Source of the DNA: Lingula anatina
Lineage: Eukaryota; Animalia; Brachiopoda
DNA: 64,000 nt
Direction of reading: 5' to 3'
NCBI GenBank assembly: GCA_051362555.1
Contig: CM120641.1
Span: 41,546,401 to 41,610,400, forward strand
How positions within the stretch are numbered: position 1 is the first letter of the stretch; the number at the start of each line of letters is the position of its first letter. This document shows, piece by piece, positions 12,332 to 27,049 of the stretch. Under the pieces are notes generated by a model, which saw only the letters and a list, made by a program, of their open reading frames with translations, had not been told where the DNA came from and did not search any database. Made by a program: the position numbers and the translations under genes.

Positions 12332-13089
12332 AAAAATGAAGATTTGACGGTATCGACTTTGTAAAAATACCCATTCGATGCATACAGTACATTTGATGGT
12401 TTCAGTTTGAATCATCTGCCACGAATTTAACGAATGAAATGTGGATTGGAATCAGTATTATTTTATTGGAGTCTACGGCAAATCAGATGCAAAGGATCCG
12501 TGAGGATTTCTCAGCTTACAGGATAAAGACACTGGGGCACAACATGTACAAAGTGAACTCGGTTGATGCTTTATCAATATTGCCAAAGGGAGACTCTTTG
12601 CATCATATTTAGTGATATCTTGCATTTCTTAGAATGCTATCTAATGTTTGCATGGCAATATCTACATGTTCGGTCTGCCGTGATTACCTTCCCAACGTTA
12701 AAACCCAAATGTCTGACAGAACTGAATCAGCCTTTTTGTGAGAAAAAATTCTTGATTTAGAGTGTTTGTCGAACTGGTATTTATAACTTTCATATAAAAT
12801 AGAGGGCATTGTTACAATGCAAGTATAATGAGCATAATGGAATCGGTACTATTCGAATTGGCAGCCATTCTGCTCCACTCCGTGTTTAACACCTAATCAC
12901 TTTAGGTGGATTACACTTCTGTTTTACGTCTTCCAATTCCAATCAGCAACCTTTTAATCTCCAGCAACAATTGAAAGCAATTCTGCAATTGACTACAATG
13001 GTGATATTCTCATTTCTTTCCAACAAATTAATGGAAATAATTTATTGCCACGGACAACTCGGAGTCCAAGGGATCTTAGGCAATTACCG

Positions 13090-13390
13090 AGGCGAAGAAA
13101 TGGTTTCATATTCCTTTTAAATTGAGCCATACTCAGTTGCTTTGCATGGATTCCTCGAAACTGCTCATACCTTATGTAAGCTATAGGGGCCATAATGAAC
13201 CGAAACTGCAAATGGCTCCTGATGTTCAGTGACGTGCTGTCGGTAGGGGGCTATCATCACAGAATAGAGCAATCGCGTTAGAAAACAGTTGTAACCGAGG
13301 AGCAGAAGGCTATGTTGGGGTAAGTCAAATACGTCCTTAAAAATCTTCACTAGTAAGTAAGCAGAGTACCGTATAATGTCTCCTGTATTA
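13090..13390 (-). mobile_element. Decayed L2-like LINE ORF2 C-terminal fragment
   Basis: Minus-strand IRYSAYLLVKIFK..., AVSVHYGP..., QLSMAQFKRNMKPFL parallel the L2 tail pattern 'RI.YK.LLL.FK...AFS..GP...SL..FK..LKT.L'; frameshifted. Confidence 0.45.
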
Positions 13391-16300
13391 TTTCGCACTT
13401 AACATAAGCACTACGTAGTTACAATTTGATCATTCATGAGCGGGACACTTTGGTCTCGTGTTCTTTGTACATTTGCAAATATAGGGTAATTTGCAACCCT
13501 GTTCATTTTTTTAATAATGAAAATACAGTGTACTGTCTTTTTCTAAATGGTATTGCAATGCTTGTTCTATTCTAACACTGAGCCGAGCCGCTTTCGCAGT
13601 ACATCAGAGGACCATTCAACAAAAACGTGACTCTCTGAATCATTTCATGACACTCACATTGTGTGTAATATTTGCTTGCCCCACCATTTCTGCCAGAGAG
13701 TGTATAAAAGACCATCAGTAATTAAAATCGATTAAAAAAATTACAAATATTACACAAAATATTTGCGATAACAGTGTGACTAAAATAAGAGAGTCACATT
13801 TTTAATGACCCTGACGGAAATAACAGAGATAAAGTTTAGCAAAAAAAAAAAAAAAAAGAGAGAAAAAAATCACATCACTCCACGTATGTCATTGCAATGC
13901 ACGGGAATCCTAGCTGAGCAACACAATATGCCCGGCACATTAAAATCCTCTCTTTATCCTCAGAACTTGTACGGTTACATGTTCACATGGAGATAACACA
14001 CTCATGATCAATTCCCATGCTTGCAAAATGAACTTCACATTGACGATCTCATTTCTTACTGTTCGTTTTGACTTCAATGTATAATGAGCTGAGATACCTT
14101 CTGGGGCCATTTCACAAAAGAGCTGTAAAAGTTAACAACAATGGTTTTGTCAGCTTCAGCTCAAGAGATATTAGTAATAGCTCTTTTTAAAGTAAAAGTT
14201 ATAATCGGTCTGAAAGATAAGCCATATATTTCCCATTGTAAAACAGCTGCAATATTTCATTTGTATCTGCTCGCTGCTATTGATCGTAGGCCAAAAATCA
14301 CAAAATTTTTGTCTGAAAGACCAGTTTTTGGCCGGATACGCTCTTTTGTTCAACACGGTTACATTTTGGATTGCCGAACTTCAAAAAACGGTCCTCAGAT
14401 TAGAGTGGTATCGAGAAGGATTGTTCTATATTTGGTACTGTGGAAACGCGCCAATAGGTTGACGCTAAGTCGACACATTTTACGTCAGGCAGTCAGTGGC
14501 AGACAAACATATGGACTTTTGTGACACGGTCCCTGTAAAATGATTAGGATAGTGGGGTTATGTAATAAAAGCACCCTTGTTTGGGCAAATCTCAAGCAAA
14601 TAATATCCTTTGTTCCCTTTTTCTTGTTGTGAATGGGGGCTATGAAATTTTGTGGTACACTGGAGGAGACATAAATGTAATTTTGTGACACGACCCCTGT
14701 CTCTCTGTAGTAAGCTCCACGTCATCTAATAATTCTAGAATACATACCCTTTTGGTCACTCTAATATGACGCGGGTATCTAAATATAAACGCTCAATGCC
14801 CAGCCAGATATCCCAAGAGCGACTATATTAACCAGAATTAACTTCGGATTTTGTTTGATTTAAGGTAACGGTCGTTCTCCCAGGGCTGTCTGTCACCTCC
14901 ACCAGTTGGCATAAAGGTAAGAGCTATCATATGTTGTCATTCCCCGTCCCCGTCAAACCTAGGGCAGTATAAGTATGTGAAATCTATTAGATGTGTTTTT
15001 AAGAGCGCTTCAGCAGCACCTTAGAGATCTGCGCTGTGGACAATTGCATGATAGAAATAGACTATGGGGAATTGTGATTTGATGGCCATTCACGCATCTT
15101 CAAATTGAGAGAGAGACAGGGGAGGAAGGGCAAAATTACAGCCATAATTGCGTATCTGTTCTCGCATTTACAACAGAAGACGGAAATAGTTTGAGCGCGC
15201 GCGCACAAACACGCACTATACACACACACACACACACCTGGAATTTTTATTTGGTTTTATTTTGCGCGTTGCAATATCGACTATATTTTCTTCTTCTGAA
15301 TGTCTGCTGTAACTGTTATAAATGTACGTAACCTGATCATTTCTTCTAGTCGATCGAGTTAATCTGCAAACTTTGAGATCTGCAATCCGTTATCTGTCTG
15401 TCATGCTTATGTTCGTGAGATCTTTGCAAATAACGAAAGCACATATACTCTTGATTACTACCAGAACAGATGGATGCAATCAACGATGGGTCGCGTCTAC
15501 ACTTAATTACCCCGTACGGTCGTGTTTTTATACACAAATCACACGCATGAATGACATCTTGACGACGCGGTCGCAACCTGTGATGTGAAAAATATATTCT
15601 ATTTGAAAATGTTTACATCGTTCGTCATGGTCATAGTTTGGGGCACTGAGGTTTATTATCTATTGCCATCATGGTACGTTCAGGGGTCTCTTACAATGTC
15701 ACAAGCACGATTAAAATGTATTACTAAAACCAAAGAGTTGTACGAGAAAACCAAAGCGTTGTATGAGTTCTTTGAGAAAAACCAAGTTCTTAGATAGGAT
15801 TCCTTGATAAACTCAGCACCAATATATGGAAGGGGCGAATTGAGGCCGAAGACGACGTCAGATTTTTAGGTTTACATTGACGGGTATCTAATTTTTTCTG
15901 TCGTAAGACGGTCAAAAATGGAGGATGAATCAACAAAGATAATTTGGAAGACTGTCAAAAACATCTCTGGATACGCCCCTGTACGGAGCCTGTTCAATGT
16001 TCGTATATACCGTAACAAATATACAAGAATACGTTACTATTTATTAAAACTATAAATGAAATGTCCACAGATATGTTATGGTCACTAAATGTCATAAACA
16101 TCTGTATCGCCTGGTGTAAAAAAAACATAACTACAATTATACTCTGCGTTGTTTTAAGAAAACCAGTACCGCAGAAGCCAGGCATGGGTAGACATTAACA
16201 GATATCACTTTTGCACCCCTCCCCCCCATACAGATTGAAGAAAGTATTTCGTCTAAAATGTTGACATTTAAAGTAATTTGCCTACGAAAAGTTGATAAAA

Positions 16301-17699
16301 AACGCGTACATGTCCGTTTATTTTGGGGAGCACGAGTACTAAAAGGATGGTCGAATCTTGTTCACTGTCTCGACAATCTACGCTTTCACTCGTTATTACC
16401 AAGTAAATCAACGACTGAGAGCCAAAACATTGCGCTCGTTGAGGCGCGGTAAGGCTCCATCACGAGAACGTAAATGAACATCCAAGATACTCCAAACGAC
16501 ATCATTTCTTACGTCATACAGGAAAATGGATTTCCCAACCTTGTAATTTAGATAAATAACAATACGAATGTGATGATTAGAGATAGTGCATGCTTCGTTG
16601 AAGTACAGAATTGGCATTTGTTTACAAGTATATTATGCGTGGTATCGAGAGAGTTACTGTATGAAACCAAGCTTTAAAGGCGACGCACACAAAATCATAC
16701 AAAAAAAGTCATTAATTAAATGAAGCAATTATTAAGTAATTCTGCTTACTGAAACTTAATACATATGATCATTATGAGATGAGACGACCTAAAATAGTGT
16801 AAAAACTAACATGACTTCCGTGCTTCCTTCTAAAACTTCAGTTTCTTGAAGACCGCTGGATGACCTGATAATACGGGTAGCATATTAATTACGGAAGCTT
16901 TGTGTGTACAAATTGCAGCTTTTGTTTCAATTCTGACTTCACTTGGTTCGTGTTCAGTGAATACAGGCACCCAACAGGAAAATGATATAGATGAAATCTA
17001 GACTACGTTGTCTGTCAGCTGCTGAGATACAATTAAGCCAATTAAGGGAGATATTGAAAAATGCATTGTGGTATATACAAACAGCAAGATGCATAGCTCA
17101 AACAAGTAAGAAGTTTCGGTTTCACGGGTTTGATTATGTATCCGTTAAACATCCTCTGAATTCTCGATAGTTCGATTATGTATCCGTTACACAAACTCTG
17201 TACTCTTGATATTGCATATACTATACAGTATATATATATACCAAAATCAGCATTTACACTGTAACACAGCAAGCACAAAATTGGTAAGGGTAAAAACTGT
17301 ACTTATATGTTCTTTACTCTTCACCAGAAGCCCTTCTGGCTGTTTTACAAGTTACAAATTTGACTGAAGGCTTTAACTGATTTTCAACAGCTAGACGATT
17401 CTCTAGTAGAAAGTACTAGTAGCTGTTCACGAGTCGACTACATATTGGATTAAAAAGACCTTGTTACATTAGTTTCCTGTTAAACCTTGCCTCAGTTGCT
17501 CATCACAAGCGTCTGGAAAGTTGACGGTGTACCGTTACCTGGGCTTGTTGACTTTGTAACTCAATATCCTTGTAGTAGACAAGTTGTCGAGAAAATTGGT
17601 CGAATTCATCATTTCCTTCTAAAAGGAATATTAAGTGAGTTTTATTACTTCCTTTTTTATTGTCTAGAAAGAAAAGCAAAGGTCGCTGGTTAAAATCGT

Positions 17700-18080
17700 A
17701 TCAAGTGTTCGTGTTTGTAGAGTGTAGAAAAGACCTGGATGTATTTCGTGACCCTTTGATGGAAGTGTTTCGATTTGGTCATTTGATGATAATTCATCGG
17801 AAATGAAAATGACTGGTGAGGTACTAAAAGCCATATTTGCTACTTCTATCTTATTGGGAGATCAAGCCATTAAAGCACTTTCCTGAACCGTAACCAGATC
17901 ATGTAAGCTTAAAACGAGCAGTTACGTTGATACAATGCTTTTAAGATAACTAATTATAGACTAGTATAGTGGATCTTGATACTGATCTTAAACTTTCACT
18001 TTCACCTTTGCTTTGCAAAAACTGATATTCAGATTCCCAAGTTTGCTCAAACATTCCCTGTAAGTCTCTCTTCATAAAGT
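17700..18080 (-). mobile_element. Possible decayed non-LTR retrotransposon RT fragment
   Basis: Broken minus-strand peptides DLQGMFEQ / NLNISFCKAKV and HQRVTKYI resemble LINE motifs 'LQ.ML...L.IN..KTKV' and 'H..F.KYIL'. Weak. Confidence 0.3.
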
Positions 18081-19304
18081 TAAAGATTCAACAATCTACG
18101 GACCCTATCTTGAGTGAACGATTATGACTCGAGGAACGGGTAAGGCTTGGTTGGAACCAGAAAGCTATCTCATAATTTGTTGTATTCACCCAATGTTCGT
18201 CTTTCCACGCACTTTTTATCAATAGTGCTTTTAATTTCTTGCACATCAGTCTTTGAACCCCGGGTATCTACCAACTTACTGTACACTTCATATAAAGACA
18301 GCATGACTCGATTGTTCTCCTATTTATCGCCTTAAAATGGATAGAACAGCGTCAAGATTGCGTTTGTCTTGTCTAATTTCCGTGCTGCCTAATTCTTATT
18401 TTTGACAACCTCAGCGAGGGAAATATGGTAGAAAAGGGCAATTTTACTAAAAATACATTGGGCACATGAATGAGAAAATTAAGAATTTTTTCTTGGTTTG
18501 CTTGTTACATTTTTTGTGGGGTAAAGGAGAAAAAGTAGGTAAAAAGTACCTCCGAAAATAAGCCGGTGGCACGTGGTCCACTGTGCGCTCCCCCACTCCA
18601 CAACGTATTTTACACAGCACTATGCTTGCAATCTGCCCCATATACATAAAGAGACACATACACGTACATATGTACATAGGCTGTCTTTCAACACTGTTAC
18701 TCGGCACACAAAGAATTCCACAAATATTTTGCCTGTAATATGAAAAAATAATATCTCATACTTCAAGAACCACTGCTGTGAATGTATTCTGTACTTAGAA
18801 TCTCAAACGAAATGCTGTCCGTTCTTACTGCATAGTCGCTTGGAAAAAGCACCCCAGCGTCATGGGCCTACTGTAGTTGTTTGCATTGATAATTTACTAT
18901 GGTTATATAGTGAATAAAGTGCGCGAGATGAATAATAATATATAAATGCCTCCTTCTACTTTCCAGGACGCTTCCTCGTGTATCTACAATGAAGATTGAT
19001 TGTAGTTGTTCTTCATTGCAATAAAGGACAGTGCCCCAGTCCCTATTTAAAGGTTAGCTTGAATTGGTTTGTCGCGTTATTCAAAATGATGTTCGTGTTC
19101 GTTCCTTGTGTTGTCCATTTAAGGAATCTCTTTGGTGAAGGTATATTTTGAATGATGTGCCGTGATATAACAGACTATGCCAGCAGTGATGGACATAAGT
19201 GTAAACCAGTTGGGATGCAACATTGGACAGTGTCAAAGGAAAACGTTCACATAGACAGCGCCTATCCCCTATATATATAACCATGAATATTAAACCCCTC
19301 CCCG

Positions 19305-19617
19305 CTATTAGAAATAGATGTCAAAATCTGAGTATATCAAGGTTTTCAACTGGATTTGCTCGCACAAAAGGAGATTTATAGGCGTTTATCGAGATCAAAT
19401 CAACATCCGTATATCTTATGTACCTTTGGGTTATTTAATCTACCCCCTGTATATGAAAATAAATGTAATCTCCCCCACGATATCAGAAATAGAAGTCAAT
19501 ATCTGAGCAATCAAGGTTTTATACTGGATTCACTTGCACAAAAGGAGATTTCTAGGACTTTATCGAGATGAAATCAATATTATCGGTTATTTTATGTGCC
19601 TTAAGCTTATTTAATGA
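19305..19617. repeat. Local diverged tandem duplication, period about 175 bp
   Basis: AGAAATAGA.GTCAA.ATCTGAG...TCAAGGTTTT...GCACAAAAGGAGATTT.TAGG..TTTATCGAGAT occurs at about 19309 and about 19484. Confidence 0.85.
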
Positions 19618-22336
19618 AGGTTTTATGTGCAAATAAGACAAACCATGAGGGCCCTCTATTGTTACTGATATTGAAGTGATGACTTCGAATGTCATTATGA
19701 TGAACGACAAACGGAGAGATATGGACACGCAATTGCAAACAAAGTTCATTACAGGTTAAAGTCACAGGACTCAGATGCATGTTGACGTCTGTCTCGAATC
19801 GCGGACTGAAGTATTATCTGCTCATCATGAATATGCATAAAACACGCATAACAAGGTTTAATAAATAAGGTCTGCACCTAAATAGAAAATGTCAAAAGAA
19901 GAGGAAAACGAAATTTAAGACTTAAAAACCTTCACGTACTTAATTGCACAACAGGTATATGCAATAAAAAAGAAATAAAATCAGTGTAACTATTTCTAAA
20001 ACATATTTTCTGAACACGATAGTAGCCTTTAATGGTTTTTATTTGATTTTCTGTTTCAAGAATGTGTACATGGTTTTCCATCTTTAGAGCAACTGACTTA
20101 GTAAGCGGTGCAATCACCTATTTAATTACTCCGTTTCTTGTGCTATGAAACCATAAATTGCGTTTATTTCGTATGTTGTTTAAAAAAACGGGAAAAGTTA
20201 GATAATCTGTAACATGTAGTGCAAAACCATTAGGCCTATCAGTAGAGATCACATACGGTTAAGAAGGCGTCAGATCCTTCTAAAGACTATTATGACTACA
20301 GGTGTACAGCTAATTAGCCCAAGACAGATTATTTCATATAATTGTAAAAATGCATATAGTAAATATCATGTCAGTGATAAAAAGTACAATATATACAGTC
20401 ATATGGCAGCTGGCTGTGCGTAGGAAAATATTCAGAATGGAGCGCGTGCGCTGAGATGACGTCGTGGTTGAAATATTGCAAATTGAGTAACCATCGCGTG
20501 AATTCATGAATTGTGCTTAATTGCCCTCATACGTGCTTGTGAAGAATTAAGGTGTGATAGCAGAGTTCACTACGCATCTCGACGTCTGCGATTTACCTAT
20601 TAGTAAGCAGAAAGGAATGAGCTAGAACTCGAGAAAGTCGGCCAACGGGTCAATTTTTGGCCGTAGCAACACTGTAACAAATTGAGATATCTCCTTTATT
20701 AGAAATAACACGTCTTAGTAAATTCCGTAAAATGTTGCTTTTTCAAAAAGAAACATACAAGTCAAGTTTCATCGAAATATATAATTGGAAACTTTTTATG
20801 CGAGCTGTTGAAGTGCGCTTTTTGACTCTATTCCGCTAGATGTCAGCCATATTCTGACGTCATATTCTCCAATACAGAAGCAAGTGAAGGTCTGAAGATT
20901 TCACTAAATTTCGAGAATCAATATACTTATCACTTATTTGCACAATAAAATGTCCCTTTAAGTTAAATAAATAATATCTTAGACGTTAAAATCATTTTAC
21001 CTTTCTAGGCGTCTTATTTCAAAAGAAGATGTTTTATCGTTATATCGCACCTGCACAAGTCAAGTCGGTTGCGAATCCTCCACGAAATTTGCTGCCATAA
21101 AGCTTATCTGCACAATCCTGAGTTACGAGTAGACTGAACATAACATTTAAATTCTGTTTACCATTATGGACTGCGGCTTTGCTAATATAGTTTGTTGTTT
21201 ATCCATAGTCCCACCCCCTACGATACTCATTTTGAGAACGATTTATTTTCAAAATTCAAAATCGTGAACATATTTCATTTAATTTTTTGCATATTTCAGT
21301 AATCCTTTGAAATCGAGGGTAAGAGCATGAACTTTTCTTATTATCTTTACAAAATCACAACTCAAAACGACCTGGTTTGTTCTTAAACTGGTTTTATTCG
21401 CAAGGTACAGTTTTTCACGTCAGCCATCGCATTTGTCCAGAAACGGCGCTACTTCGTGACGCAGACTCACTGAAAAGTTTCAAATAACCGCCATGACGTT
21501 ACGTTTTTCAGCCGGTTGCCATCTGACTGATACACAGCGACCGCGGGCGCTAGATGGAATCAAAATTTATTTTCAACAAAGATGCCGATTTTCTAAAATT
21601 GAAATCGTTCATTATTAAACTTGCATGTGCAATGTAGGCTTTCATTCTACGTGTTTGGTTTTCCTTTTTTTTTCTTTGAATTTCAAAAGGAACTGAGTAG
21701 TCGTTTATTGGCATGGCATTATTCTATTGCTACAGCTGGAACTCTCAGTGCTAACATTTGTTAAAAGTTAAATATTAAAGACTGAACGATATGCTGCCTT
21801 GGTCTTGAGTATCGGAAACTTGCATAGTATTTCATGGAAAAAACTTATATATAAAATAGACGTTTAACATTTAAAATTTTTATGATGGCAAATAAGAATT
21901 AGATTTTTCTAATTCACTTTCTTCATTCTCTTTTTCATTGGAAGAAGTTAACAAGGGTCAGAAAGTCTAATATTTTTTATCTGGAATCATTAAAGTTAAA
22001 AAATAATATTTCTTACAGCAAAACCATTGCTAAAAATAAAATTCAATAAGATACAGTAGGGGCCTATAAGAAAGTACATGTAATACATGTATATACGCGG
22101 TACGTAAGTTCATGTAGGCCTACCCTCGGCATAAAGTTTTCAGAAACATTAGAACACATGCGCGCATGTTGTAATTATGATGCTTCCCAGAAAATCTTAG
22201 CTGACTTGGTCGAATGTATAGTATCAAACACTAAAATATAATATCAGTATAAAAAATAATCGATTTCTGAAGTCGCTCTGTATCCCTTGCTTTAATGAAG
22301 AGATCCGGGCACATATTTACATGTAGATTTTTTTAT

Positions 22337-22412
22337 GAATGACAAATGTGGTAAATTGATTTTCATCACATTTTGGAAAAATCGGAGACGGGTCGATTTT
22401 GAGTGATTTTGA
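22337..22412 (+). repeat. Dispersed repeat segment, second copy at 25635-25710
   Basis: ATTGATTTTCATCACATTTTGGAAAAATCGGAGACGGGTCGATTTTGAGTGATTTTGA is identical in both places. Confidence 0.85.
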
Positions 22413-25035
22413 TAAGGTCCGGATATGGCAGTTTTCTTCAATTTTGGCCAAAGATGAAAGTTTTTTTTGGATGGTTATAGTGACCGGTGGTTGCGTTGGG
22501 TCATTTGTAGTTACATGTAGTATCAAGTACTGGAAAAGTGGTTCTATCAACATTAAGGAAGAAATGAAGGAAAAACTCTGGCCACCCCCTTTCTCTCCAG
22601 CCCCTGTTCTCAGGTGTGCTTTTTGGCTATCTTAAAAGCTGAATTTAATCGACATTAAAACAAATTCATTTTTATAGGTACACCTTAATCGATAATAATA
22701 TCAACATTCATCTTATTTCCCAGGTGTTGAGTTTTGTGACAGTAATGTTTCAAATAATTATGTAAGTATGCACGATAGAAGGCGCATGCACAATATTTGT
22801 GGAATAAAGTGGTGGATTTTAAGTGAACCTCAGTCCAATCTACATGTACATCAGGGCCGGGTCCAAGTTATTTTGAAAGGGCGATGGGCGTTTTTTTTAC
22901 GTATTGACAGGCTTCGGATTGCGAGGCCGACCGTCACCCCGTTGGCGGCATGTTCGGGGCATGCTTGAGGACCCCGAAAAAAATTGGGGTTTTAGCAGGC
23001 AAATGTATTAGACCGTGAACATTCGTGAACAGTTTCAACCACAGTCCCTCGCCTGAAATGAACCATGCCTGTCTGTAATTTGCATAACAAAAACGTGTTC
23101 ATCGTAGTGCGAGCTGTCTTCCCGAATGCTCACTAGGCAGTAAGACACAGCTGGGTGAAGACGCAATGTTCAAGGTGTGGTGCAGTTGCAAGGCAGTCGT
23201 TTGAGGCGTAGAGGTAAATGCATGTTTCGTAAGTATCACTTTTTCTTCAGTAAACCTATGTCAGTTGAAAGAAAGAGTAGAAGAATGCAAGAAAATTTAC
23301 GAAATGTATTTATTGATGTGTTACTACTCTTTGTTACATTTTGCCTGTCGTTTCTGTTATGTCACTCAAAATGTTATTCAGCAAATTAGTAAACGGGCAT
23401 ACTGCCACAAAGATCACGGTCTAATTTAGATGAAAATACCGAATTTGTCACAGTTCTGAGCTTTTGATCCAAAGACAAGCGTGCCCCATCAACGAGTACA
23501 TCAATTTTATAGTCAAAGTTTATCAATTCTCCTTTTTAAATCACAATAGTTTAAAAAGTTTACATCAGTTTCGATAGGTTTGTTTATTTCATTATACATG
23601 TACCTGTAAAAATGTTTGTTAGCAGTGTTGAAATACGGGGAAATGATTTATACTAAAGTGAAATATGGCTCCTAAACGCGTGATGCAAAGCGAATTAATA
23701 TATCACATTGTACAACATTATATATAGTAGGTAAAATAAATAAACGTCCCCAGTGATGATCTCCACAAAAATTAGAGAAGTGCTTTCAATATTTATTTTT
23801 ATCAAAGCAAGATATCTGAAATATCTTTATTACTAACTTCAGGTCTTAATTTTGGCGTTAGGCAACATAGATATCGATTTGAGGGTGCCACCTTAGCCTG
23901 AACTTTGGACAAGTCGGTAAACACCCTCATCATTTCAAGTGCGCTCTTCTCTTAGATGTAAAACGCATTGGTCGTATTTTCCGAGTCTGCCCCTTTAGTC
24001 AGATATTGTTAACATTTCCTTCTCATTTCAGAAGTCCACTGAGATGCTGAAAACAGCACGACATCTGCCTGCTAGCAACCAAGCCTGTCATTCACGTTCT
24101 GGAACCCTACGCACATCCATGCATCTTTTGTTTAAAAATTGAATAAACACGTTTGTAATTCCTTGTTTTTTTATTTCGATATGAAATAAGTAATAGTAAT
24201 AGTAGAGGGTTGGGGTAAAATTATGAAGATATGATTATTGTCTGAGCACTTTCAAATTAAATCTGCTAAAAATGATCTGTATGCATTGTGTTTGGGATTG
24301 ATTTCTACATGTACAGTAACAGAATGTCTTAAATCAAAAAATTTAAAAGGTTTGTTAATATGCCCAGTATTTTGTAAATAATTGAAGTTGAGCATTTTAA
24401 GAATACATCCAAGGGATTTTCCAACAGCCCACATTTATAAATATAATTTGTATGAATTTACAATCTTGCCTTTTTGAAAATCTGCCCTACCTTTTATGAT
24501 ATAGAGAGACGGGTTTTTTAATATCTATTAGAATAAATTAGTTCGTCCTCCGGGATATAATTTTCTTAATTTGATTTGTTTTAAGGGTTCTGGTTTGCTA
24601 CAGAAAATTTATTCAAATTCCACGACCTTCTCATCAGACGATTACATCAATTTTAAATTAAAACAAATATGAGAGATCCTGACACATTTTAGTAATGGCA
24701 ACAGTTGAAATTTGCTCCTCCACCCAAAAATTAGGTCTGCTTATTTCAATATATTTGAAAATGTCTCATTAAAATCATAATTAAAATACATTGATCCTTT
24801 GATTTTATTTTGTGACCTAGATTTATTTCCCAAATGTGCAGACAAAAAAGGTAATCTTTTTAATAAATTGTGAAAATGCAATTTTTAGCCAAATGATTTA
24901 ATGTCTTTTTCTGCATGATACAAAGTCATAACCCCTTAAAACTTGGTAACACAATACTAAAAAATAGTGTTCATTTATACACCTAATTGCACTGGCATTA
25001 AAATGTGATTTTACTTGCGTGCACTCCCAAAAAAT

Positions 25036-25490
25036 AATGGTCTCGCCCCACCTGTCACCCCTCAGATGGAATGGACTCGCCCCACCTGTCCCCCCTCAGA
25101 TGGAATGGACTTGCCCCACCTTCCACCCCTCAGATGGAATGGACCCGCCCCACCTGCCACCCCTCAGATGGAATGGACTCGCCCCACCTGCCACCCCTCA
25201 GATGGAATGGACTCGCCCCACCTGTCCCCCCCACAGATGGAATGGACCCGCCCCACATTCCACCCCTCAGGTGGAATGGACTCGCCCCACCTGTCACCCC
25301 TCAGATGGAATGGACTCGCTCCACCTCCCACCCCTCAGATAGAATGGACTCGCCCCACCTGTCACCCCTCAGATAGAATGGACTTGCCTCACCTGTCACC
25401 CCTCAGATTGAATGAATTCGCTCCACCTGTCACCCCTCAGATCGAATGAACTCGCTCCACCTGTCACCCCTCAAATTAAATGGACTTGAC
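25036..25490. repeat. 34-bp GC-rich minisatellite, about 13 copies
   Basis: Unit CTCGCCCCACCTGTCACCCCTCAGATGGAATGGA, head-to-tail with no spacers; the last units are more degenerate. Confidence 0.95.
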
Positions 25491-27049
25491 CCTCTCGTCA
25501 ACTTTCAAAAGGGATTCTCAACTGTCATCCACATCAATGCATTCACACAAACCAAACTCATATCAAACTATAAAACAAAGTTCTTCTTGTGTGATACTTA
25601 TTTATCGAAATCATATTACGCTGCTGTTTTTTATGAATGACAGGTGTGGTAGATTGATTTTCATCACATTTTGGAAAAATCGGAGACGGGTCGATTTTGA
25701 GTGATTTTGAACACACACACACACACATTCCCTGAATCGGGGGGGGGGGGGGGGGGGGGGTAGTGTGCAGGACACGAAAAAAAACCTGAGGGTATACTCA
25801 GGGTATACTCACTAACGGATTTCCCTCGTTTTCCTTTAAAAATGGGGGCTCAGACTCCGAGGAAAGTTAATAGAAAAGGGGCATTTTTAAAAAAAAAAGA
25901 GTATGAGAACTCAAATTATGAACACCAAAACTGGTTACGTACCAAAATGTGAGGATGACTTTACCAAAACATGACTCCCTAAGTGTATTTCTCTAGTCAT
26001 GTGAATTTTTTCTACAATCATCTTCAACCGCAAGATTCCATGACGTGAAAAGGACTACAAACTAGAAAATGTTATTCGATATAGTGTGTCTTTTATACCT
26101 TCACAGACAGGCACAAAACAAACTCCAGAAGGTACTTACACCACAAGATAACTTTTAGAAATTAATCTTAAGCTTTTACAATCACACTAAGGACCAAGCT
26201 TGATAACATTGTTTGTTGCACGACCCGTATACATGAGGGTACCGCATATACATGTGCACTTTCCTAAAGCGAGACTGAAAATAGAGCTAAACGGGGTTTT
26301 CTTTTTTATTTGTGACATGTGCAAATAAAAATTCGATTACATGTGCCTGTATGTGCGTAAGAGCTTTGATGCTTTTTTTAAAAATAGTTTTTAAGTCAGT
26401 TTCCCGAAAAATAGAATTTTACTAGTGAGAGTAAGCAATTTTTCTGCTCCCGATTCATTGCACGGTCCGTCCTCGCGCCTGGATTCGATGTTTATTAATG
26501 TAGTTCAAAATGACTGGCTAGTCATATACCAGACTACCAGGTCTTCCTGGACATTTGACAGGGAAATATCGATTAATTTTATATGAGGGGTACATGTACT
26601 TATATTTGAGGGGGTTTATCATTATCATGGTCCGAACTGGGGAAAACGCCGGCACTGGTGAGAAGCACTGCAGAATATTAAGACATTGCAAATATGATTT
26701 TGGGGCATTTTAAAAAGCGAATAATATGCTTTTTGTCCCCATTTAGTAAAATATTTCAGTAGTCATATTCAGAGTGGAGTTTGATCAATCGTACATATAT
26801 AAGACATAAGCTAAAAGACATCCTGATCTTCGGATATCAGAGAAAGGGCTTGTAAACTGTAAGGAACTGACCTACTCCGTATAGGCGATCAAAATGGCAG
26901 AAGTTTTAAAAATCAGTCAGACGGACCAGTCTGCGTCGGAATCTCCCACTCAGATCAGGAAACTAATGTGTTTGCCCGGCATGTGAGCAAACTATTTCAG
27001 CAAACTTCGGTTTGTTTACAAGTGAAGGAAGTTCTAGTTTCTTACTTAC

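Noticed and set aside
11852-12415. ORFs with poly-L, SLSL, THTH, IYIY tracts (also near 5978, 30651, 33087, 54182, 63048)
   Set aside because: Translations of microsatellites.
14103-14640. 127-aa ORF at 14141-14524 and a possible Harbinger-like MITE (GGGGCCATTTCACAA...TTGTGAATGGGGGC)
   Set aside because: The ORF has no recognisable homology; the terminal match is too weak and has no clear TSD.
14780-14922. TATAAA followed by a plus-strand donor AAG|GTAAGA, as a possible extra non-coding first exon
   Set aside because: Short motifs expected by chance in AT-rich DNA; no coding or other support.
25015-25490. CRISPR-like array, or Pro-rich protein ORFs in three frames
   Set aside because: Units are contiguous with no unique spacers, there are no cas genes, and the context is eukaryotic. 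The ORFs arise because the 34-bp unit lacks stops and cycles through all frames.
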